From positions 1 through 59,459 of the forward strand of contig JAZDDX010000001.1 of the NCBI GenBank assembly GCA_043809315.1: a stretch of DNA of 59,459 nucleotides. Reading direction: 5' to 3'. Position numbers and translations under genes: made by a program. This document shows, piece after piece, positions 10,071 through 20,556 of the stretch (positions are counted from its first letter, which is position 1; every line of letters starts with the position of its first letter). Below the pieces are notes generated by a model. It was not told where the DNA came from, searched no databases, and was given only the letters and a program-made list of their open reading frames with translations. Source of the stretch: Pseudomonadota bacterium (GTDB lineage: Bacteria > Bdellovibrionota_G > JALEGL01 > DATDPG01).

Positions 10071-10906
10071 ACCAACCGAATCCCGTCTTTCTCGATCGTG
10101 ATCAAGCGCTTTTTATAAAGGCCACCGAGAGCCATTTTGAATTTCTTCTTGCTGACGCCGAAGAGGCGGTAAATCGTCTCCGCCGGCGTTTTGTCGTTCA
10201 GTTCGAGAAACCCTTTCTTCTGTTTGAGAAGGCCGAGGATCTTCGTTCCGAGTTCGTTCGCGACTTTGTATCCGGCCCTCTGCAGCGTCAGATCGATTTT
10301 CCCATCGTTCCGAAGCTTCTTGATGAACCCGCGGATCTCCTGCCCCGGTTGGAGCGCTTGAAAGATCTCGTTGTCGAACAGGAGCCCCACTCGGCGTTTT
10401 CCGATGATGGCGGAGAACCCCAGATCGGTTCTGGACGCGATCGTCAGGTCCACCCCTTGCCCTTCCTTGAAGTCGCCGACCGACTTGTCCATGTGCTTTT
10501 CGAGCTTCATGGAAGCCGAAATGCGATTGCTCTTGTCGAGATAGATGTAAACCGCCACCTCCTGCCCGACCCGAGGAGGGGTGGTCTGTTCGGCGAACGG
10601 CAAAAAGAGATCTTTGGAAAGGCCCCAATCCAGAAAAGCCCCGACCGGCGTGACGGCGACCACCTTAAGGAGCGCGAACTCCCCGACCATCGCGCGGGGG
10701 GTCTCCGTTGTGGCGATGAGCCGATCCTCGGAATCATGGTAGATGAAAACCCCCAGGATCTCCCCGATGGCGAAGCTCTTCGGGACGTACCGGGTGGGGA
10801 GGAGGATTTCCCCGTCGTCCTGACCGTCGAGGTAAAGGCCGAAGTCGACCTGTTTGACGATCTTCAACCGGTTGAATCGGCCGATTTCAAGAAAGTGAGG
10901 ACTCAT
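10067..10906 (-). CDS. cvfB: CvfB/YitL family S1 RNA-binding protein
   Basis: GLYLD..ILLP, VFIYHDSEDRLIAT, GAFLDWGL.KDLFLP, C-terminal winged helix FGVSKKKFKMALGGLYK. Confidence 0.9.
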   Translation of the reverse strand: MSPHFLEIGRFNRLKIVKQVDFGLYLDGQDDGEILLPTRYVPKSFAIGEILGVFIYHDSEDRLIATTETPRAMVGEFALLKVVAVTPVGAFLDWGLSKDLFLPFAEQTTPPRVGQEVAVYIYLDKSNRISASMKLEKHMDKSVGDFKEGQGVDLTIASRTDLGFSAIIGKRRVGLLFDNEIFQALQPGQEIRGFIKKLRNDGKIDLTLQRAGYKVANELGTKILGLLKQKKGFLELNDKTPAETIYRLFGVSKKKFKMALGGLYKKRLITIEKDGIRLV

Positions 10907-10960
10907 GGAAGCGATTCGATATACTGCCCCACGGGATAAACCAAGAAAAGAGGAGGCCGT

Positions 10961-11080
10961 ATGGCGGACAAAAGTCAGAAAAACCGGGCGAAGATGAACA
11001 AGCCGAAGCTCACCAAGAAGGAGAAGAAACAGAAGAAGTTAGCGAAGCTCGCGGCCAAGCAAGCCGCCGTTCCGTTCTAG
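10961..11080 (+). CDS. 39-aa lysine-rich small protein (not in ORF track)
   Basis: AGGAGG at 10951-10956, ATG at 10961; MADKSQKNRAKMNKPKLTKKEKKQKKLAKLAAKQAAVPF*; its TAG overlaps the stop of the convergent gene. Confidence 0.7.
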   Translation: MADKSQKNRAKMNKPKLTKKEKKQKKLAKLAAKQAAVPF

Positions 11081-12312
11081 GTCGCGGCTTCTTCCGCCGC
11101 CAGGTCCTCGGGCCGGACGCCGATCTGAGTCTCGGTCGGGATGTACTTCTCGAGGTGACGGACCTCGCCGATCGATTTCATGAGGTTCCGTGCGACCACG
11201 AGAAGTTGGACCTGGTTCGTCCCCTCATAGATCTGCGTGATCTTGGCGTCCCGCATGTATTTTTCAATCGGGTAGTCCCTCATGTAGCCGTACCCGCCGA
11301 ACAGCTGAACCGCTTTCGTCGTTACTTCCATCGCCATTTCCGTTGCGGTGTACTTGCACTGCGCGGCCAGACGATTTGCGGCGGGATCTCCGGTGTCGAG
11401 CGCGTGCGCGGCCGCGTAGACCAGCTGCCGGGCCGCCTCTACGCGGCAGGCCATGTCGGCCAGCATCTGTTGGATCATCTGAAAGCTCGCGATCGACTGG
11501 CCGAACTGCCGTCGTCGGCTGGTGTAGACCAGGGCGTAGTCGAGCGCCCCCTGCGCCAGCCCCACCGCCTGCGCCGCAACTCCGGGGCGGGCGTTGTCGA
11601 GCGTCATCATCGCGTGTTTGAATCCGAGCCCCGGTTTTCCGCCTAAGAGCGCGTCCGCCTTGACCCGGCAGTTCTTGAACACGGTTTCGGCGACCGGTGC
11701 GCAGCGGATCCCCATCTTGTCCTCGATCTTGCCGATCGAGAAACCGGGGTTCGATTTCTCCACGACGAAGGCGCTGGTTCGGCGGCTCTTGGAGGTCGGG
11801 TCGGTCACCGCAAAGACGGTGTAGAGATCGGCCGCCCCTGCGTTGGTCGTCCACTTCTTCTCGCCGTTGATGACGTAGTCAGTCCCGTCGGCCACGGCCG
11901 GCGTGCGGAGGCTTCCCGCGTCCGACCCGGCGAACTTCTCCGACAGACAGAACGCGATCAGCCGCTCTCCCTTGGCGATCGCCGGGAGGCATTTCTTTTT
12001 CTGCTCTTCCGTGCCCGAAAGAATGATCGGGAACGAACCGAGGGCGTTGACGGCGTACATGACGCCGACGCCTCCGCAGGCTCGCGAGAGCTCTTCGACG
12101 CAGACGCACAGATCCAGGACCGTTCCGCCCGAACCGCCGTACTCCTTGGGGATCCAGACCCCGAGAAGGCCAGCCGCCGCCAGGGCCTTCTTGATCTCCC
12201 AGGGGTACTCTTGGAGGTTGTCGTATTTGGCCGCGAGGGGGCGAACCACCTCTTCAGCGATCGCGCGGGCCTTTTTCTGCCATTCGAGGTTTTGAAGGCT
12301 GAGCCAAGTCAT
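11077..12312 (-). CDS. Acyl-CoA dehydrogenase (short/branched-chain type)
   Basis: FCLSEKFAGSD, INGEKKWTTN, KMGIR, RRQFGQ, QLFGGYGY, QIYEGTNQ; start placed at MTWLSL. Confidence 0.93.
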   Translation of the reverse strand: MTWLSLQNLEWQKKARAIAEEVVRPLAAKYDNLQEYPWEIKKALAAAGLLGVWIPKEYGGSGGTVLDLCVCVEELSRACGGVGVMYAVNALGSFPIILSGTEEQKKKCLPAIAKGERLIAFCLSEKFAGSDAGSLRTPAVADGTDYVINGEKKWTTNAGAADLYTVFAVTDPTSKSRRTSAFVVEKSNPGFSIGKIEDKMGIRCAPVAETVFKNCRVKADALLGGKPGLGFKHAMMTLDNARPGVAAQAVGLAQGALDYALVYTSRRRQFGQSIASFQMIQQMLADMACRVEAARQLVYAAAHALDTGDPAANRLAAQCKYTATEMAMEVTTKAVQLFGGYGYMRDYPIEKYMRDAKITQIYEGTNQVQLLVVARNLMKSIGEVRHLEKYIPTETQIGVRPEDLAAEEAAT

Positions 12313-12361
12313 GGATTCCCGATAGCAACCCGCGGCCGGGGGCGTCAATGGAAAACGGCGG

Positions 12362-12892
12362 TTACCGTTCGATTCCGAGTCTGGCCTGGACCCCTTTGGC
12401 GTAGTAGTGCTTCACCTCGGTCATTTCAGTGACGAGGTCGGCGCGGTCCAGGATTGCTTGGGGGGCGTAACGGCCGGTCAGGAGGATCTCCATCCGGTCC
12501 GGCTTCCGACCTAGAAGCTCCAGGACCTTCGAGAGGGGGATCAGCTTGAAGTCGAGCGCCACGTTGATCTCGTCCAGAACCAGGATGTCACAACTTTGTT
12601 CATCGACGCATTTCGTTGCAAGGGCCAATGCTTCGACCGCCATCTCAATATCTTTCGGATCGGGGTTCTTCTTGTTCACGAACGTATCTCGCCCCATCTG
12701 ATGGAGCGTGAATTGCGGAGCGAGTCGTTTCGACATGGCAAGCTCGCCGTATTCGATATTTCCCTTCATGAACTGAATGACGGTGGCGGTGAGGTTGTGG
12801 CCGAGCGCCCGGAGTACCTGCCCCAACGCCGCGGTGGTTTTCCCCTTCCCGTTCCCGGTGTAGACTTGGATGTACCCCTTCGTAAGCGGCAT
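12362..12892 (-). CDS. cobO: Cob(I)yrinic acid a,c-diamide/cob(I)alamin adenosyltransferase (CobO/BtuR)
   Basis: VYTGNGKGKTTAALG, VIQFMKG, VLDEIN, LTGR, ADLVTEM..KHYY.KG. Confidence 0.92.
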   Translation of the reverse strand: MPLTKGYIQVYTGNGKGKTTAALGQVLRALGHNLTATVIQFMKGNIEYGELAMSKRLAPQFTLHQMGRDTFVNKKNPDPKDIEMAVEALALATKCVDEQSCDILVLDEINVALDFKLIPLSKVLELLGRKPDRMEILLTGRYAPQAILDRADLVTEMTEVKHYYAKGVQARLGIER

Positions 12893-12902
12893 CGTTCCCC
12901 CC

Positions 12903-13838
12903 TTACCGGACAGTATATCGCTTCACGATCTCGTCGACGGCGGTGTACGGATCGGTCTTGCCGTCGGCGACTTTCGTCAAGATCGCCGCGAGACCGGCGT
13001 TCTCCTTGAACTCCTCGCGCAGCTTCTCGAGAAGGCGGTCCCGAACCTTCATCTCGATCTCGTATCGACACCGACGTGTTCGGTATTTCGCCGAGACCAT
13101 CGGATCGTCGAACTTCCGGAAGCCGTCCTCCACCTGTTTCATGAGCTCAGCGATCCCCTGATTGTGGATGGCGTCGGTCAAGAGGACCGGCTTGGAAGTG
13201 CCGGCCACGTGATCGTCCCCAGCCTCCGCCATCTCCCGTGCCGTCCGATCCGCTCCCGGAAGGTCGCATTTGTTCACGACGAAGATGTCGGCGATTTCTA
13301 GAACCCCCGCCTTGATCGCCTGGATGTCGTCCCCTAAGCCCGGCGCCATGACGACAAGGACCTGCTGGACGATCTTGAAGATGTCGACCTCGTCCTGGCC
13401 CACGCCGACCGTCTCGATCAGGACGATCTCCTTGCCTGCCGCTTCGAAGACACGAACGATGTCGCAGACCGAGCGGGAAAGACCGCCGGAACCTCCGCGT
13501 GTCCCCACACTCTTGATGAAGACCCCCGGGTCGGCGTTGTGCTCCTGCATCCGGATCCGATCGCCGAGGATCGCTCCACCTGAGAACGGGCTGGTCGGAT
13601 CGATCGAGATCACCCCGACCTCCAGGCCGGCCTTCCGGTAATACGTGATGAGGTGGGAGATCAGCGTGCTCTTCCCGGCGCCGGGGAGGCCGGTGATCCC
13701 GAGGATCCGGCTCTTGCCGGTGTGCGGGAACAGTTTCCGGAGAATCGTATCGGCCGCAGGGTCGCCGTCGTCCACGTCGCAGATCAGACGCGCGATCGCC
13801 AGAACGGAGCCGTTCCGGATCTCGTCAACGGTCGGCAT
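12903..13838 (-). CDS. meaB: Acyl-CoA mutase-associated GTPase MeaB
   Basis: [55 protein letters not shown]. Confidence 0.95.
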   Translation of the reverse strand: MPTVDEIRNGSVLAIARLICDVDDGDPAADTILRKLFPHTGKSRILGITGLPGAGKSTLISHLITYYRKAGLEVGVISIDPTSPFSGGAILGDRIRMQEHNADPGVFIKSVGTRGGSGGLSRSVCDIVRVFEAAGKEIVLIETVGVGQDEVDIFKIVQQVLVVMAPGLGDDIQAIKAGVLEIADIFVVNKCDLPGADRTAREMAEAGDDHVAGTSKPVLLTDAIHNQGIAELMKQVEDGFRKFDDPMVSAKYRTRRCRYEIEMKVRDRLLEKLREEFKENAGLAAILTKVADGKTDPYTAVDEIVKRYTVR

Positions 13839-14229
13839 TCGGGACGTTCTTCTTCACCCAGTCGATGATCGTTTCGAGTGCCGTCCCGGGAAGGAACACC
13901 TCCCGGATCCCGTGACTCTTGAGTGTCGGGATATCCTTGTCCGGGATCGTCCCGCCGACGATCATCTGGATCGACCCGGCCCCTTTTTCCGTCAGAAGCC
14001 TCTTCACTTCGGGGAAGAGCTGCATGTGGGCGCCCGAGAGGAGACTCAACCCCACGACGTCGACCCCCTCCTGGATCGCCATGTTGGCGATCATCTCAGG
14101 GGTTTGATGCAGGCCGGAGTAGACCACCTCGAACCCGGCGTCCCGGAACGCGCGCGCCAGGATCTTCGCCCCCCGGTCGTGACCATCCAACCCGACTTTA
14201 CCAACCAAGATTCGTGTCTTTCGTTCCAT
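13825..14229 (-). CDS. Cobalamin-binding small subunit of acyl-CoA mutase (IcmB/McmA2-like)
   Basis: [10 protein letters not shown] (DxHxxG), SLLSGAH, VGGTIP. Confidence 0.93.
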   Translation of the reverse strand: MERKTRILVGKVGLDGHDRGAKILARAFRDAGFEVVYSGLHQTPEMIANMAIQEGVDVVGLSLLSGAHMQLFPEVKRLLTEKGAGSIQMIVGGTIPDKDIPTLKSHGIREVFLPGTALETIIDWVKKNVPNADR

Positions 14230-15819
14230 CTAGAAATACCCCGGGTCCCGATAAACTCCCCAAACCTTCCGGAAGACGTCGCAGATCTCCTGAAGCGTTG
14301 TGTACCTCTTCACCGCTTCCAGAATCGACGGCATCAGATTCTCTTTTCCCGCCGCCGCTTTTTCCAGGCGTGCCAGCGACTCGGCTATCGACTTCGAATC
14401 CCGTTTTCTCCGGACAAGACGGAGCGATTCGACCTGAGCCTCTTCTGCGCCGGGATCGATCTGAAGGATCTCGATCGGTTTCTCATCTTTCACGGCGTAC
14501 CGGTTCACGCCGACGACGATCTTCTCCGTCTTCTCCAGCTGTTTCTGGTACCGATACGCGGCGTCGGCGATCTCCCGTTGCGGGTATCCCTTCTCGATCG
14601 CCGCCACCATCCCCCCCATTTCGTCGATCGTCTTAATGGTCGCGTACGCCTCTTTCTCCATCCGATCGGTCAGCGCCTCGACGAAGTACGAACCGCCGAG
14701 GGGATCGACCGTGTTGATCACGCCGATCTCGTCTTCGATGATCTGCTGCGTTCGAAGTGCGAGCGTCGCAGCGAACTCGGTCGGGAGTGCGAACGTTTCG
14801 TCCAGTGAGTTGGTGTGGAGTGACTGCGTTCCCCCCAGGACCGCGCCGAGGGCCTGATACGCCGTTCGAAGGAGGTTATTGTACGGTTGCTGGGCGGTCA
14901 GGGAACAGCCGGCCGTCTGTGTGTGAAATCGGCACATCATCGAACGCGGGTCTTTCGCGTGGAACTGATCCCGCATGACCGTGGCCCAGATTCTACGCGC
15001 CGCCCGGTACTTTGCGATCTCTTCGAAGAAGTCGAGGTGGGCGTCGAAGAAGAAGGAGAGGCGGGGGGCGAAGCTGTCGACGTCGAGTCCCCGCTTCACC
15101 GCCGCTTCGACATATTCGATTCCGTCGCGCAACGTGAAAGCAAGCTCCTGCACGGCGGTCGAACCGGCCTCCCGGATGTGGTAGCCGCTGATCGAGATCG
15201 TGTTCCAGCGCGGGACCTCTTTTGTGCAGAATTCGATCGTGTCGACGATCAGGCGCACCGACTCGCGCGGCGGGCACATCAATGTTTTTTGTGCGATGAA
15301 CTCCTTCAACATGTCGTTCTGGATCGTTCCGCCGAGCTTGGTCCGCGGGATCCCTCGTTTTTCGGCGACTGCCAGGTACATCGCAAGCAGGATGGCCGCC
15401 GGTGGGTTGATCGTCATCGAGGTGGTGACCTGGTCGAGCGGGATCCCTTCGAAGAGAACCTCCATGTCGGCCAGCGAGGAGATCGCTACGCCGCACTTCC
15501 CGACCTCTCCCTTCGAGATCGGGGAGTCGGAGTCGTACCCCATGAGAGTCGGGAAATCGAAAGCGACGGAGAGGCCGGTCTGCCCCTGCGAAAGAAGGTA
15601 GTGGTACCGCTGGTTGGTGTCCCGGGCGGTCCCGAACCCGGAGAAGAGACGTTTGGTCCAGGGGCGCCCCCGGTACATGTCCTTGTGGACCCCACGGGTA
15701 TAAGGGAACTCCCCCGGCCGGCCGAGTTTTTGGGCAGGGTCGAACGATCGGAGATCGTCGGCCGTGTACAGCTCCTGAATCGGGGCGTCCGAGACGGTGG
15801 TGTAAGACCGGGGAGGCAT
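14230..15819 (-). CDS. B12-dependent acyl-CoA mutase large subunit (methylmalonyl-CoA mutase family; isobutyryl-CoA mutase-type specificity residues)
   Basis: [48 protein letters not shown] (Phe) and KEFIAQK (Gln) where MCM has Tyr and Arg; alternative start at 15855. Confidence 0.9.
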   Translation of the reverse strand: MPPRSYTTVSDAPIQELYTADDLRSFDPAQKLGRPGEFPYTRGVHKDMYRGRPWTKRLFSGFGTARDTNQRYHYLLSQGQTGLSVAFDFPTLMGYDSDSPISKGEVGKCGVAISSLADMEVLFEGIPLDQVTTSMTINPPAAILLAMYLAVAEKRGIPRTKLGGTIQNDMLKEFIAQKTLMCPPRESVRLIVDTIEFCTKEVPRWNTISISGYHIREAGSTAVQELAFTLRDGIEYVEAAVKRGLDVDSFAPRLSFFFDAHLDFFEEIAKYRAARRIWATVMRDQFHAKDPRSMMCRFHTQTAGCSLTAQQPYNNLLRTAYQALGAVLGGTQSLHTNSLDETFALPTEFAATLALRTQQIIEDEIGVINTVDPLGGSYFVEALTDRMEKEAYATIKTIDEMGGMVAAIEKGYPQREIADAAYRYQKQLEKTEKIVVGVNRYAVKDEKPIEILQIDPGAEEAQVESLRLVRRKRDSKSIAESLARLEKAAAGKENLMPSILEAVKRYTTLQEICDVFRKVWGVYRDPGYF

Positions 15820-15898
15820 CCTCCGTTTTCTCGGTGTCCTGGGCCGGGTTGTCAAGCATTGTATTTGAAGCCGGGCCGCCGTCTGATAGGAGAGGGGG

Positions 15899-16372
15899 AT
15901 GACGTCGCCCGGCGAACGAAGCCTTCAAGATCGGTATGCTCCGAAGAATATCTGTTTCGGCTGCGGACCTGCGAACGATCGCGGTCTTCGGATCAAGAGC
16001 TTCGTCCGTGGCGAGGAGACCGTGGCTGTGTTCCGCCCCGAATCGCACCACCACGCCTTTCCGGGGATGCTCTCTGGCGGAATCATCGGGACGCTTCTCG
16101 ATTGCCACAGCAACTGGACTGCGGCGTACCATCTCATGAAGAAAGCGGGGGCCGACATCCCCCCCTGTACCGTGACCTCCGAGTTCACCGTGAAACTACT
16201 CCGGCCGACCCCGGCCGACGGGGAGGTGTCGCTCCGGGCGCGCGCGATCGAAGTGGGGGAACGAAAAGCGGTGATCGAGGCTGAGCTTTGGGCGGCAGGA
16301 GATCTCTGCGCCACTTGTCGAGGAGTTTTTGTTTCCGTCAAAGAGGGGCATCCGGCGTTCAATCGTTGGTAA
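15899..16372 (+). CDS. PaaI family (hotdog-fold) thioesterase
   Basis: [43 protein letters not shown]. Confidence 0.88.
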   Translation: MTSPGERSLQDRYAPKNICFGCGPANDRGLRIKSFVRGEETVAVFRPESHHHAFPGMLSGGIIGTLLDCHSNWTAAYHLMKKAGADIPPCTVTSEFTVKLLRPTPADGEVSLRARAIEVGERKAVIEAELWAAGDLCATCRGVFVSVKEGHPAFNRW

Positions 16373-16379
16373 CGGGAAG

Positions 16380-17378
16380 ATGATCTTCGATTTCTCCGAC
16401 ACCCAGAAGATGATCCGCGAGACGTTGCGCGATTTTGTTCGGGAGAAGGTGACGCCGAACACTTCTTCCTGGGACCGGACGGAGGAGTTTCCACGTGCCG
16501 CGCTCGTCGAGTTGGCCTCGTTAGGATTTCTTGGGATGCTCGTTTCTTCGGAGGAAGGGGGGACGGGGCTCGGGTTCGCCGAGTTGACGGTGGCGGTGGA
16601 GGAGATCGGTCGTTCGAACGCTTCGTTGGGGCTTGCCGTCGCCAACCTGAACACTCTGGCCATCCCGTGTCTTCGCAAGGAGATCCTCCTTCGTTCCCTT
16701 CTGTGCGGGGAAAAACTTGCGGCGTTCGTTTCATGCCCGGCAGCGCCGATCGCGGCAAAAAAGGAAAAGGGATCTTGGGTGCTTGATGGAGTCAGCGCAC
16801 CGACGCTCCTGGTCGGCGTTGCGGATCATTTTCTCGTGGGCACATCGACCGGAGAATTGGTTCTTCTCGATCGCACCGTGGACGGTCTTTCGGTACTCCC
16901 TTCCAAGAAGATTCATGGTTGCCGTTCGGCGGCGGTCGGGAGACTCAAGCTGACCCACGCGAAGTGCCCCTCCTCCTCGGTTCTCAAGAACCTCCCCGGG
17001 GCATGGGACCGATATCTCCTGGCTCTTTCAGCCGTCACGGTTGGGGTGGCGCGCGGGGCGTTGGAGACGGCGCTCGAGTATTCGAAACAGCGCCACCAGT
17101 TCGGCGGGCCGATCGCGGACATCCAGGCGATCCAGTGGATGCTGGCCGAATCGTCGGTGCAGGTCGAGGCGGCGCAGCTTCTGGTCGCGCACGCGGCGTT
17201 CCTGACTGACAACGGAGCGGGGGCGGGAAGCACGATCGCGCAGGCGAGGGCCCTCGCTTCCAAAGCGGCGCTCAAGAGCTGCGGATGCGCCGTTCAGATC
17301 CACGGAGGATACGGCTATATCAAAGATTATCCGGTCGAACGGTATCAGCGGGATGCGCAGTTCTGTGCTGCGGTCTGA
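16380..17378 (+). CDS. Divergent acyl-CoA dehydrogenase-like protein lacking canonical catalytic motifs
   Basis: MIFDFSDTQKM N-terminus, RHQFGGPI, QIHGGYGY..DYPVER; no LTEP.AGSD motif; ends before IYEGT. Confidence 0.75.
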   Translation: MIFDFSDTQKMIRETLRDFVREKVTPNTSSWDRTEEFPRAALVELASLGFLGMLVSSEEGGTGLGFAELTVAVEEIGRSNASLGLAVANLNTLAIPCLRKEILLRSLLCGEKLAAFVSCPAAPIAAKKEKGSWVLDGVSAPTLLVGVADHFLVGTSTGELVLLDRTVDGLSVLPSKKIHGCRSAAVGRLKLTHAKCPSSSVLKNLPGAWDRYLLALSAVTVGVARGALETALEYSKQRHQFGGPIADIQAIQWMLAESSVQVEAAQLLVAHAAFLTDNGAGAGSTIAQARALASKAALKSCGCAVQIHGGYGYIKDYPVERYQRDAQFCAAV

Positions 17379-17385
17379 CCTGCCT

Positions 17386-18492
17386 TCAGATCTGAAACCC
17401 TTCCTTGATGAGACTTCGCGCGATGACCAGCTTTTGGATCTCGCTCGTTCCTTCATAGAGCGTTGTCACCCGGACGTCGCGATAGTGTCTCTCGAGCGGG
17501 GAATCGTTCAGCTGCCCTTCGATCCCCGCCAGCGATAGGAGTTGTTGGCAGACCCGGGTCGCGGTTTCGGTCGCGAACAGTTTCGCAGTCGACGCCTGCC
17601 TTGTGAAAGGCTTCCCCTGTTCTTTGAGCCAGGCCGCCCGTAACGTTAGCCATCGAGCCGCCTCGATCTCCCCCTTCAGATCTTCCAGATGCTCTGATGG
17701 GAAGTTCGCACATGCGGATCGGTACGCGGCTTCGGCGATTCCGATCGCCTGACTCGCGATCCCGATCCTGCCGCTGTCGAGAGCCGTCATCCCGATTTTG
17801 AACCCCTGTCCGAGTTCCCCCAGAAGGGCTCCGGTCGGAACCGCGCAGTCGTCGAAAAGGAGCTCGACCGTGTCCGAGGCCAGGAGTCCCATCTTCTCCT
17901 CCGACTTCCCGACGCGAAGTCCGGGCAAATTCTTCTCCACGATGAAGGCGCTGATCTCTTTCGGCGGTCCGGACCCGGTGACCGCGATGACGACGATGAC
18001 CGGGCTCGTCCGCCCGCTCGTTACGAAAACCTTTTCTCCTTTCAGGATGTAACGATCCCCTCGTAGCGTTGCCCGTGTCGTGATGGCACGTACATCGCTC
18101 CCGGCGTTCGGTTCCGTGATCGAAAAAGAGGCGGTCGGGAACTCCCCCGATCCGAGTTTCGGAAGGTACTTTTCCCTCTGCTCCTGGGTGCCGAACTTCC
18201 AGATGATCTCTCCGACCATGTTCGTGACGCTCATGATCACGGCGGTCGACGCGCATCCTCGCGCGATCTCCGAGAGGGCCAGACTGTAGGAAACCGGGCC
18301 GAGACCGCTCCCCCCGAGCTCTTTCGGGATCGCCATCTGCGAAAATCCGGCCTTAGCAAGTTTCAGAAGTACCGGTGGGGGGAGAGCATGTTCCCGGTCG
18401 AAACGGGCGGCATGGGGGATGAGTTCGCGATCGGAAAAGCGGGCCGCTCTCTCCCGGATCTCGATCTCGGCTTCCGAAAGCGTGAAATCCAT
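17386..18492 (-). CDS. Acyl-CoA dehydrogenase family protein
   Basis: FSITEPNAGSD, GEKVFVT, KMGL, GRIGIASQ, TLYEGTSEIQ. Confidence 0.9.
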   Translation of the reverse strand: MDFTLSEAEIEIRERAARFSDRELIPHAARFDREHALPPPVLLKLAKAGFSQMAIPKELGGSGLGPVSYSLALSEIARGCASTAVIMSVTNMVGEIIWKFGTQEQREKYLPKLGSGEFPTASFSITEPNAGSDVRAITTRATLRGDRYILKGEKVFVTSGRTSPVIVVIAVTGSGPPKEISAFIVEKNLPGLRVGKSEEKMGLLASDTVELLFDDCAVPTGALLGELGQGFKIGMTALDSGRIGIASQAIGIAEAAYRSACANFPSEHLEDLKGEIEAARWLTLRAAWLKEQGKPFTRQASTAKLFATETATRVCQQLLSLAGIEGQLNDSPLERHYRDVRVTTLYEGTSEIQKLVIARSLIKEGFQI

Positions 18493-18502
18493 GCCGATCG
18501 GA

Positions 18503-19711
18503 TCAGCCCCGCTCGCCGACGGGAATGTATTTCTTCATCTGTTCCAGTTTCGGCCCCGTATAGACCTGCGTCGGTCGGTAGATCGGGGCGTTCGAATCCC
18601 GTTGTCTTCGGACGTTCGCGATCCAGCCGAAATGCCGGCTCGCCTGGAAAAGCGGCGTGTTGATGTCGAGCGGCATCCCCATCGCCCGCAGCAGGAGCGC
18701 CACGGGGAAGTCGAGGTTCGGGGCGCGCTCTTTCTCGTCCAACATCGTTTGCTTTACGATGTCGTAGATCTCGACGAGTGCGCTCATCCCCTTTTTGTGA
18801 GCCAAAGGTTTGGCGATGCTCTCCGTGATCCGCACGCGGGACTCAACATTTCCTTTGTAATGCGCCAGACGGTGCCCGAAGCCAAACACGATCTCTTTTC
18901 GATTGAGCTTCCCGAGAATGTAATCCCGCGCATCCGCCGGCTTCTTGATCTCATCGAACATCACTGCGGCCAAGTCGTTCGCTCCGCCGTGCAATACCCC
19001 CTTGAGCGCGACCGAAGCCGCGATCTGCGGGCCGTACGGGTCGACTCCGGCCGACTCCGCCACGAGAGCCGTGAACGTCGAACAGTTGATCGTGTGGTCG
19101 AGGTAGAGGATCAGGACCGTGTTGATGGCGTTCGTGAACTCTTCGTCGGGGGGGAAGCCGAGCATCTTCAAGATGTTCGCCGCATACGAAAGCTTCCGGT
19201 CGGGTTGAATCGGGTCCTTTCCATTTAAGATTCGGTAGCCGTAGCAGAAGAGCGCCGGGATCTTCGCCCCCGTCCGAATTCCTGCGTCCAGCATCAGCTT
19301 CGATCGGGGGGAGGGGTCCCCTGTGATTCTCCGCCATGCGTCGTTCTGATACTCCCGGTCATACATCCGGGTGTACGAGAACGCCGTCAGGAGCAGATCC
19401 ATCAGATGGGCCTGTTTCGGGTAGGTCTTTACGTGGTCGATCACCTCCCGGGGAAGCGGCATCTCATCCTTCAAGAGGTTCGTGAACGCGTCGAGCTCCT
19501 TTCGGTTTGGAAGGCTTCCGTACAAGAGGAGGTAGACGCTCTCCTCGAACGGCCCACGGACCAGATCCCAAATGCTGTACCCCCGGTACATCAAAATCGG
19601 GTTCCCCTCCTTGTCGACGGTCGTTTCCGAAATGTCCGATGTGCAGACGGGGACGTTTGCCAATCCATTGTCGATCGTTTCCATCGGTTTCTCAATCACG
19701 GTTTTCCTCAC
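18503..19711 (-). CDS. prpC: Citrate synthase family protein, probably 2-methylcitrate synthase
   Basis: LMYRGY, DHTINCSTF, LHGGAN, GFGHR, PNLDF; directly downstream of prpD and prpB. Confidence 0.8.
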   Translation of the reverse strand: MRKTVIEKPMETIDNGLANVPVCTSDISETTVDKEGNPILMYRGYSIWDLVRGPFEESVYLLLYGSLPNRKELDAFTNLLKDEMPLPREVIDHVKTYPKQAHLMDLLLTAFSYTRMYDREYQNDAWRRITGDPSPRSKLMLDAGIRTGAKIPALFCYGYRILNGKDPIQPDRKLSYAANILKMLGFPPDEEFTNAINTVLILYLDHTINCSTFTALVAESAGVDPYGPQIAASVALKGVLHGGANDLAAVMFDEIKKPADARDYILGKLNRKEIVFGFGHRLAHYKGNVESRVRITESIAKPLAHKKGMSALVEIYDIVKQTMLDEKERAPNLDFPVALLLRAMGMPLDINTPLFQASRHFGWIANVRRQRDSNAPIYRPTQVYTGPKLEQMKKYIPVGERG

Positions 19712-20556
19712 TTGTCCGGGCGGTAGCCCAAGAGTTGGTTGATCTCCTCCCTCCCCATCATCTGATCGAGGAGGGTTTTCTGGTTTCCTTCTTTTCGAAG
19801 TGTTTCAAGAGCAGCGGCCATTTGTCCGGCCGCGACCCGGAAGAGCGTGACCGGGAAGATCACGATGTTGAAGCCGATCTCGCCGAACTCCTGCCAGCGC
19901 AAGAACGGCGTTTTTCCGAACTCGGTCATGTTGGCAAGCAGCCATCCTCTCACCTGATTCCGATAAGTCTCAAACTCATTCCGATCCCGGAGCGATTCGG
20001 GAAAGATCACGTCCGCCCCCGCGGCGAGATACGCCTTCCCCCGCTCAATGCTCTCCTTCAACTGCGATTTTTCGTCGATGTTGGCTGCTCCCCTGGCGTC
20101 GGTCCGGGCGACCAGAACGAAATCGCGATCGAGTTTCTTCCGGACCCGGTCGGCCTTTTTCAGCTTCTCGACCATCTCTTCACAGGAGGTGACCTCTTTG
20201 CCGGGGAGATGACCGCACCGTTTCGGAACCTGTTGGTCCTCGAGCTGGATCGCCGCGACCCCCGATTCAATGTAGCCCCTGACCGTCTTCTCGACATCGT
20301 CGAAGCCGGTGTCGGCGTCACAGATGACCGGGATCTTGACGCTCTTTGAGATCGCGCGCGCCATCGAAGAGAAATCGGCCAACGTGAGGGTCCCGTCGTC
20401 GGGAACACCGAGGGAGTTCGAGAGCCCCGCTCCCGAAAGATAGACACCGTCGAATTTCCCCTTCTCGATCAGTTTAGCTGCGAACGGGTTGTGCGCCCCG
20501 GGGAAGAGGAGCGTTTTCTTCTTCGCAAGAAGATCTTTCAGCATCTTCCCATTCAT
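19708..20556 (-). CDS. prpB: 2-methylisocitrate lyase
   Basis: YLSGA, DADTGF, EDQ..PKRCGH, ARTDA, LANMTEFGKTP. Confidence 0.92.
   Translation of the reverse strand: MNGKMLKDLLAKKKTLLFPGAHNPFAAKLIEKGKFDGVYLSGAGLSNSLGVPDDGTLTLADFSSMARAISKSVKIPVICDADTGFDDVEKTVRGYIESGVAAIQLEDQQVPKRCGHLPGKEVTSCEEMVEKLKKADRVRKKLDRDFVLVARTDARGAANIDEKSQLKESIERGKAYLAAGADVIFPESLRDRNEFETYRNQVRGWLLANMTEFGKTPFLRWQEFGEIGFNIVIFPVTLFRVAAGQMAAALETLRKEGNQKTLLDQMMGREEINQLLGYRPDK

Noticed and set aside
15820-15898. Cobalamin riboswitch ahead of the B12 mutase operon
   Set aside because: The intergenic space is under 80 nt and no B12-box is recognisable.
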